From: Bugula neritina
Taxonomy: Eukaryota; Animalia; Bryozoa
Direction of reading: 5' to 3'
Length of the DNA stretch: 64,000 bases
NCBI GenBank assembly: GCA_964035545.1
Contig: OZ037765.1
Coordinates: forward strand, 28,147,504 to 28,211,503
Below, piece by piece: positions 57,279 through 64,000 of the stretch. Under the pieces are notes generated by a model. The model was not told the origin of the DNA. It made no database searches and worked only from the letters and a program-made list of their open reading frames with translations. The position numbers were made by a program, and so were the translations under genes. Position 1 is the first letter of the stretch, and each line of letters opens with the position of its first letter.

Positions 57279-58892
57279 TTATTCACTAATATCACACTGT
57301 AGCAATTGCACTATTGATAAATCACTTTTAGCCCCTTCAATAAATTCAGCTAACGAGAGTTTTCCATCAAGGTTTTTGTCCATGGCTCGGAATATTTTGT
57401 CGGTTCTCATCTCAGGTGTAGCTTCATCTTCTGGCATTTTCATCACAGTTGCGACCATTTTATAAATTCCCTGCAGGGGCAATCAAATTGAACTTTTAAT
57501 TAAATATTTATACCCTTGCTTTGTAAGAATAAGTTGTTGAATGTTTTATAGAAATTTAACTATAATAATTTGTATTAGCAAATATAATGGTTACATGATG
57601 ACTTGTTGTATTTACTGTGTAATTATAATGCAGGTTTCAGGGTTCACATCAGGTGGAAAAATATTTCTTAGGTATTTTAGACAGTCTAATAGCTTTTTTG
57701 CCGGTTTGAATTGACAAGAAAAATGAAAATTGCAGCTTAATGGTATTTCTTTAAAGTTAGAACTTATTATGTTAAGTTGGATGCATGAAAACTCATTTTC
57801 ATAACTCTCTACACTATCTGGATTTTATGTTCTAAAGCACAACACACCATAAGCTGTCAAAAATGTTTAAAAATTTTAAATTATGTAACAGTTGAAAGCG
57901 TAAAATCTATTTAACCTGCATAGGGTAAAGGTATGTACACTACTCGAATGTAACAATGAAATTCCATATACTTCCATTGCCTCCATTATGCACATTATCA
58001 AACACGAATTTATGCTACTTTATAGAAGAAAATTATTTTACAGGATGACATATTCGACTTTTTCTCTAATAGCCAATTTTGATGTGAGGCATGGGAATGA
58101 TTTGTTTATATAAGGATGATAACTCCTACAATTTCCACAATACAAGTTCAGCTAATGCAAAGGACAGAATAAGCCTATAATTATAGATTCAATGATATAG
58201 GAAGACAATGCTGTCTGATGACTACATTACAGCATTGGGAATAGTACTTAATTAATTATACTTGTTCAGACTACATTGCCCTTCTACACTGTAGCATCTA
58301 GTTTTACAGCTGCAGAAGTTTACAATAGGTAGTATAATAATGCAAAGCATTGGGACATAGTTTCTAGGTAGGTTGAGCGAGTTTCAAGCTTTGTAATGGC
58401 ATTATATAACAGAGCTAACCATCAAAATGAACAGTTCTGCAAGTTAAAAAAGTCGTTACTTATTCATATTATTTCACTCAAGTTTTTTGCATGATAATAT
58501 AGTTCAATACTGACCGTGACTATTTCTAGCATTTCCACCCGAGAGATGTAGCCGTTTCCATCTAAATCATACATGGTGAAAGCCCACTTTAGTTTCTGGT
58601 CTAACTTCCCTCTAGATGTAATGCTCAAGGCGCATATAAACTCTCTAAAGTCTATCGTACCATCGCCATTTTTATCAAAAGTACGAAAGACATGCTCAGC
58701 AAACTTTGATGCGTCACCAAATGGGAAGTAATTTCCGTATATCTTCTTAAATTCTTCTACAGTGAGGTAACCTGATGGGCAATCTTTCAAAAATCCTTTG
58801 TACCATTCTCTTAGTTCATCTTCATTAAAATTGGTTTGACCAGCTAAATCCATCAAAACTTCAGGCTTTAATTTGCTGTTCTGTTTACCCAT
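57279..58892 (-). CDS. Neurocalcin / hippocalcin-like neuronal calcium sensor (189 aa)
   Basis: complement(join(57279..57470,58515..58892)); [11 protein letters not shown] myristoylation N-terminus, [15 protein letters not shown]-hands [37 protein letters not shown] 5' UTR intron is probable (acceptor ~58906, donor ~61317). Confidence 0.96.
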
Positions 58893-61800
58893 TTCAGAGA
58901 CTAGCCTAAAAATGGAGAAATGTAGGTTTCATGAAGCTAACTAACAGTACAAGTCAAGCGTTATAATATTTGCTGAAAGACAATATAGATTTTTCTCTCA
59001 AATAAATACATGAAAATGTCGGAAAATATCTTGAGACTGGGGAATAAATGAAATGCCAATTTGTTACCATGATTAGCTTATAGGGTTCAATACACAACAT
59101 AATTATGTGTGTGTAAGCATCGAGAGCATTAAAAGGTTTGCTTATTATAATAGAAAAGTTCAAGTTTTCAAAGTAGTGACAAAACTAAGTAACATATGCT
59201 ATGCTGTCAGTAGACTAGCATTTTCTTAAAGGTCATTTTATATTCACAATGATATCATCAAGCTACAAGCTCTGTATGGTTTTGCAAGTAGAAACTTTAA
59301 TATTAAATTGAGCTTTGGAGAAATCTTCATATGAAAAGTATATAATAATGCATATACTTGTTAGTGAAATAGACTCCAAAAGCACATTTTTTTATTCCTG
59401 TTGTTTGTAAGTTCTGGGTCTACAAAGTTTCCTGTCATATTTACATTTGATAGATTTGCATGTATATGTGCCACTCAATAGCTTTGATAACTTTAGTTTG
59501 ACGAATGGTATAAAGCTCATGTGTCATCACTACCAAAGCCCACCAATGCAATGCAATGCAGACAGTTCAAAAACTTTTCTATTTAAGTTATTAAAAATCT
59601 CCTGGTGGCAATAACATAAGCAGGTTAAATTTCAAATTCCGAGTTTCAGCAATAAATTAGAACATAAATAAAATTTGGGTTGTGAAATAACAAGCTTATA
59701 TGTGTAAATCTTGTATGATCGACTTTTTATATATTTCAAACAAGCAGTGATTCTGCATCTTGGCCAAAATGCAAAAGTATTGGATAACATTTTGTTCTGT
59801 AAGCCAATTTTACTAAGATAGAAAACTAACCAATCAGTAGCTTTAATGTGTTAATTAATAATTTGCTGAAACACTAGCCTGGAGGATTTCAGTGGTTATT
59901 TCTGGGCTGGTCTGGAACTAACGACTGGCCCAGTCTCTTGAGATTTCTGCTAAAAGAGAGTTTCCTTTATGTTTAAATATCAATTGAATGTAACAGCCAG
60001 TCACCTAATATAATATCATGTTCGGTTGCCAGCATGTCTAGAGGTTATCTGACAATTATTAAATGCTAGATCGAGTTGAGTAAATCAATGGTAGCTTGTT
60101 GCATGTATTTTTACATTTAGTTATCACTTATTCCTCCATGCACAAAGTAAGGCAATATTTTCCCTAACTTCCATGGCCTTTATATCTTCCACAATGTCGC
60201 AATATTTTTTTAGAACTGAGCCTCAACAATTGTACCTTTACTTGTGTATACTATATGGACAGCCAAACTATGGACATAAGAGAGTCACAGTTCACTAAAA
60301 GTTGTAAATATACAGCGTAGCAAGAGTGACAGAGCACATGTTTCTCAGTTTGAAGAGTGTGGGTTACTTCTAGCAAACATCGTGCGCTACCATGCTGGGT
60401 GTCTAAATCAAAGCCTATTTAAGGCAAAAAGCCCTTGCATGGTCTTTCATCAACATGCACATAAGAACCCCCACCTTCTACTCTTATATAATTCTGGTGA
60501 AAAGTATATGAAACTGAGTTATTCAACATAATATAATATAAAAGTTGTTACATGCAGCCTCATACCATGTTACTAATAATGTTAGTATGAAATAAAAATT
60601 ACAAAACCTAATTCCTAATAGTATTTGAGATATATTTTTATAGCTTTTACTATATTTCATTAATTCACCAACTGCAACAAAGCTATTAGAAGCCATTACC
60701 AAAAAATTGTTAACATAGTTTGCTAAAATTAGGCGATTAAAGTTGGTGGCTGGCCTGCATTGCATGATCTCCAGCAAAATTTAAAAAATTTTCACTGAGA
60801 GCAATAGCTTTATGAATCATAACTTGTAGTAAGCAGTCTTCAACACCAATAATGGGCCTCTATCTCAGGTTGTTTGCTGGTTGCAACTTTTTTATCTGGT
60901 TTAATTCAAATTTCATTTTATTTAAAACTAGCAGTTTTCTTTAGCAGCTAGTACATAGATGCAGCAATCGTTAGCCTGCCAAGTTTTTAAACCTATAAAG
61001 TGTTCTATGCGTATACAACATTAGCTGCAATATTGATATTTGTTAAAACTTATGCATCAGTTAATTGCTGAATAAATTAATAACTACGGTAGGTGATTTG
61101 AGATCTTAAACTAATTACAACTTTGTATATTTAGAAGTTCAAGTGGCTACAGAGATTCTTTTTAGAAATATAAATGTTTATAGAATGAATACAATGTTAT
61201 GTTTATATAAATGAATAGCATATAAAATTAGAATAGCTCTAAATTATTCATTACTAATAATATAGATTATGATATTGTATTATAATTATAGCAGTTACAG
61301 CAATATGTTGGCTTACCTGACTTGTTGATATAGTATATGCAGACCTGCAGATAAATTCAGATATATTGCAATGTAACAAACTTTTATTTGAATGCAAATA
61401 TGGATTTTTGCTTTGGACAATGTGATTGGCTAAAGAATAAATTAGCTTTTATTATTTGTCTTAGTCTGGTTAAATTATCTATATGCATCCTATTAATTTA
61501 TTTCACATGAATGCACATTGTTGGTGTACAAGATATACTATGAAATATTTTAAAGTAAGAATTTTAAAGGTTGATTATATAATACAAATGCATTGTAAAC
61601 TGGAATAAATATTTTGATATAACATTTTTTCAAACTTTGTTGATCATGTATGCATGTTGGAATGCTTATTATAAGAATGATTCCTAATAATCGAGACGGG
61701 CTAAATACGTTTTTTCAACCAAATAAAAGTTTCAGCATTAACACCAAATTGAACATTTGAACGTAAATTCACAAATTCTGCTTTTAAGTAACAAATTTCA

Positions 61801-63434
61801 ATGAATTCATATTTAGAAAGCAAAGAGGGTTACTTTCGTGTTGCTTTGGCTCAAATGTTTGTTTTGATTAAAGATTTTTTGTTTGACTGTAAAATTGTGT
61901 TGAAACAAGTTTTTATTTGCTGCTAGTTTACAGCCCAGTTTTTACTGCAAGTTCACATGTCTTAACGGATCTTCCTACTATAATTTGAAAATACCAGCAT
62001 GATCATAAATGTCGTATATTTATTACATGATTTATTAATTGAATATACTCAAAGTAAGATATTTGTAAGATTACATTTCAATTTGCATTATGACAATTTT
62101 ATCCGAATCAATTTAAACATTCTGCATATAGTGTTTTTAAAGCTTTACCGGATTAAAAGGTTACGACTGTCTGGCCGCCCGATTATCTCAAAACAATAAA
62201 ATATTGTATACCTAGTACAAGTTTCTAGCTCCTCAAAGTATCATCTCTCCAGCATACAATACAATCAGCAAGTACAAAACAGACATATTAGACACTTCAG
62301 AAGAAAGCAGATATCTCTAAGGATATTAATTATTTTGCTACAGTTCAACAGCCTGCTGGCTTCTACTGACATTATTCTTCAGTAAAATCAATATAATATA
62401 CTATCAAGTGATGACATGTTTATTGCTAGATGCCAGGTTCTGACTAGGATGTGCTGCTGGTGCTTATCAAAATATCATTTCTCCTTTATTTATGGGGTTA
62501 CAGCTCTATACCTTTAACTATCTGAGGCACCAGATTAATAAGTGCATGGAACTAATTTGTGAGATAATTGTATATTGTGCAATATTATTGCTAATAATTT
62601 GTGACAATAAAATATTAGAATATGTAAAAGCAAAGTGAAATACATGCCATAATCCAACAGTCAATTAAAAAAATTCATCACATTAGATAAGTGACTTAAA
62701 TTACGTGACTGAACAGAAAGCATACCCATTAACATAGAATAATAATAATACAATAACCTGCAAAGGAAGTGTACTAGATAGCATGTTGGCCTTAAACATC
62801 AGGAGATAAAATTTAATTTGGAACAGAATTATTCTTTTTAATAATTTAATTGGGCATAATAATCAATCTGGTTTAAGTTTACTTATTGTTGGTACAAGCT
62901 GCAAAATCTGCCTTGGAAAAGCACAGACCCTGTTGGTGGTTTCTATAGAAACTAGTATTGTTTACGTCTTTAAGGTCATGGGAAGCTTGTTGCATAAAAA
63001 ATAAACAGCAAATGATAAACCTAGAGATATTGGAAAGTTGGCTGTGCTTTTACAAATTCAGATATAAGCGCAAAGATTTTACCACTAAGATACCAAAACA
63101 AAATACATAAAAATGATAAAAATAAATTCTACACAAGTGTCTTGAAAACTTAAAAATAGTTACATAACTATAGTAGAATCCCGGACAACATCCAAAAACT
63201 TGAATTGCAAAACAGAGTTTCGCCTTTGAATAAAAATAGTGATGCTTTAAAAATAGGCCTAAATAAAATGCCAGCATATCATGGGCAAAGCAAAACTGAA
63301 ACATGCTACATGCTACTCGCTATAATCAGATCTTACTAAATTTTCTTGAGGAATTGTTTCCACTACTAAATGTTCAACTTCTAGTAGCAGTCATGATATA
63401 ATACATGAGGTGAAAGACTAGTTGCAGCGCAGTG

Positions 63435-63632
63435 CTACTGGGCACTGCTGGCTGTATTGGCTGTTAACATTTGGCACAGGAAATCATCCGCCAAACAGCC
63501 ATCTATGAACTCTTGCTTAGTGAGAACGCCATCATTATTTTTATCCATCTGAGAAAAGATTTTTTCAGTTCTATCTTCGGGTTGCTCATCAGGAGTGCCT
63601 TTCATTTCGCTACCAACCATGTTGTAAATAGC
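63435..63632 (-). CDS. Last exon of a second neuronal calcium sensor (NCS-2-like); 5' part lies beyond the window
   Basis: Acceptor TTTTATAG then AIYNMVGSEMKGTPDEQPEDRTEKIFSQMDKNNDGVLTKQEFIDGCLADDFLCQMLTANTASSAQ*; EF-hand 4; same intron position as the neighbouring neurocalcin gene. Confidence 0.88.
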   Translation of the reverse strand, partial: AIYNMVGSEMKGTPDEQPEDRTEKIFSQMDKNNDGVLTKQEFIDGCLADDFLCQMLTANTASSAQ

Positions 63633-64000
63633 CTATAAAAATAAAGGGGTAAAATCAAGCGAAATAAATGTGCTGCGTGTGATGATGTAGAACAGTGAGC
63701 TTGGAGATGGTGTAAAAGGTGGAGCAGAGAGTGGAGTTATGAAGACCAATGAAATATCACATCACAAAAGTTAACAGACAGAAAACCGAGAACTTCAATG
63801 CTTTATCTGTCTGCTAGAAAATCTTTGAAGAAGAAGAACAGAAACAAAGGTGAAACCCTAAAGCAAAACAATTCAGACATTTGAGATGAGAAATTTTACA
63901 GAATGCCGAGTGTCTGATAAAATTAAAGAGTTGAAAATGAAGCAGGCAAATTTAGGAAAAACTGAGGAACGGAAAATAAAGTAATACATGGAGGGGAAGT

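Overview
AT-rich, intron-containing animal genomic DNA, most consistent with a compact invertebrate genome; the species cannot be fixed from sequence alone. I assembled spliced gene models by hand from GT-AG sites and frame continuity. In order: an unrecognised small cysteine-rich, probably secreted protein (+, missed by the ORF track); a 5-exon ADMP-like/BMP-class TGF-beta ligand (-); CHCHD1/mS37 (-, missed by the ORF track); METTL14 (+); a TEX33/CIMIP4-like gene (-) with two homologous alternative last exons; mitochondrial thioredoxin TXN2 (+); a CNNM Mg2+ transporter (-); syntaxin-7/12 (+, missed by the ORF track); an STMND1-like stathmin-domain gene (-); neurocalcin (-); and the last exon of a second, tandem neuronal calcium sensor (-). 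Repeats include long (ACT)n, (TG)n and (TA)n microsatellites, an intronic 36-38 bp minisatellite, a hAT-type MITE and several hairpin elements. No rRNA, tRNA or CRISPR was seen. The most unusual signal is a 'drifting hexamer' (6-bp periodic, unit-by-unit mutating) low-complexity DNA at all three head-to-head promoter regions, which I did not see at comparable length elsewhere. The orphan secreted gene beside the ADMP-like ligand and the duplicated TEX33 terminal exons are the next best leads. No complete novel multi-gene system can be claimed.
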